DNA of 64,000 bases, taken from assembly GCA_030141605.1 (NCBI GenBank), contig JAQGDQ010000727.1, forward strand, positions 42,886 to 106,885. The letters are read 5' to 3'. The notes under the pieces are model-generated. The model saw nothing but the letters and a program-made list of their open reading frames with translations, made no database searches and had not been told where the DNA came from. This document shows positions 63,315-64,000 of the stretch, piece by piece (within the stretch, counting starts at the first letter, position 1; every line of letters starts with the position of its first letter). The position numbers and the translations under genes are program-made. The DNA comes from Tubiluchus corallicola (taxonomy: Eukaryota; Animalia; Priapulida).

Positions 63315-64000
63315 TTAAATTTGTTGTTTCACAAAATCGGATATATTAATTGTTGTTTTTTCTGGATTTATAAGTTTTTTAGCAGTGTTGTCGTCTTCTA
63401 CTACATCTCCATTTGCTGCAAGTAGGTAGGTTTCTTGTAGTTCTGTTTTTTCTTTATTGGCAAGGCTGCCTAATAGCAATGTTACATAGTTAGGGTCTAT
63501 GGTTTGTGTTGTAGATGCGAGGTCTTTTTTGCGTTGTTTTTCTATGTGTTGTATGCGTTGTCTTTCTGTGGTGAGTGTTTTATGATCGGGGTTTGTTCCG
63601 TATATTTTGACTTGTGGTGCTTCGCTGGCAGAGCCTATCCATTTCTCTGTGTTTAATTCATACAAGTGAACTTTCTCTAAGTTCATTGCGTCGTACCTTA
63701 CTATTAGCTTTTTACCTGTATAGTGTTTCATTGCTTTGTAGTCTACATTGTAGTAGTGGGGTACTTTCTCTATTTCAATTTTGACCTGTCCTTTGCGTAG
63801 GGTTACTGTGCGTTTTAGTCCGAATAGTAGATTATATTCTACTGCTGTAGGGTGTATGGCGTGTTTCTTGTTGCTTTGTTGGTGTTTCTGTTGTGGTGTG
63901 AGGTGTTTGTCTGTAAGGTTTGCTTTGCTGTATGTTTCGAAAGGTGTGTTGTTGTAGTTGTATATGGCAATACGTAACTGAACGAAGTACAATCGAGCTA
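63315..64000 (-). CDS. Mu-like transposase, C-terminal part (runs off window end)
   Basis: Frame is open to the window edge. Y.YNNTP followed by TVTLRKGQVKI...GKKLIVRYDAMNLEKVHLY (Mu transposase C-terminal barrel pattern); precedes the MuB-like ATPase. Confidence 0.75.
   Translation of the reverse strand, partial: ARLYFVQLRIAIYNYNNTPFETYSKANLTDKHLTPQQKHQQSNKKHAIHPTAVEYNLLFGLKRTVTLRKGQVKIEIEKVPHYYNVDYKAMKHYTGKKLIVRYDAMNLEKVHLYELNTEKWIGSASEAPQVKIYGTNPDHKTLTTERQRIQHIEKQRKKDLASTTQTIDPNYVTLLLGSLANKEKTELQETYLLAANGDVVEDDNTAKKLINPEKTTINISDFVKQQI

Larger units (their letters stand above)
52979..64000 (-). mobile_element. Mu-like transposable (pro)phage-derived island next to tRNA-Leu; left boundary approximate, right end beyond window
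   Basis: All genes are on the minus strand: transposase C-terminus, MuB-like ATPase, DUF3164-like, GemA-like and tail-fibre-like genes. Island-specific repeats are present. Confidence 0.8.

Noticed and set aside
62395-64000. Tn7-like/CAST tnsB-tnsC module
   Set aside because: No TniQ/TnsD or Cas effector follows. The N-terminal HTH on the ATPase and the DUF3164/GemA-like neighbours indicate a Mu-like origin.

Overview
AT-rich Bacteroidota chromosome segment (TAnnTTTG promoters, gldD/gldE, SusC/SusD, ileS-dksA-lspA). 1-40 kb is housekeeping: topA (partial), rmuC, smpB, lepA, TolC, ssb-gldE-gldD-PPTase-GGGP synthase, namZ, kdgK, cysQ, hppA, tsaD, tamB, ileS, a doubly frameshifted GT2 pseudogene and pheT. 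40-52.7 kb is a polysaccharide utilization locus (Y_Y_Y/LuxR regulator, SusC, SusD, GH5, ADP-ribosylglycohydrolase-family protein, GH3). Immediately after tRNA-Leu(CAA) at 52894-52978, an accessory island runs to the window end. It has Mu-like early genes (transposase C-terminus, MuB-like ATPase, DUF3164-like, GemA-like) but no head or tail morphogenesis genes. Instead it carries three beta-propeller/tail-fibre-like cargo genes that share one translation leader and are separated by a family of 175-bp structured palindromic repeats. Two of these genes share constant N- and C-termini with unrelated middles. The island also holds a tRNA-shaped element with a 19-nt anticodon loop, a 16x heptamer VNTR and a 52-bp tandem repeat. 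This cassette-like Mu-type island is the best candidate for an undescribed system. All family assignments come from motifs recognised by eye; no database searches were run.
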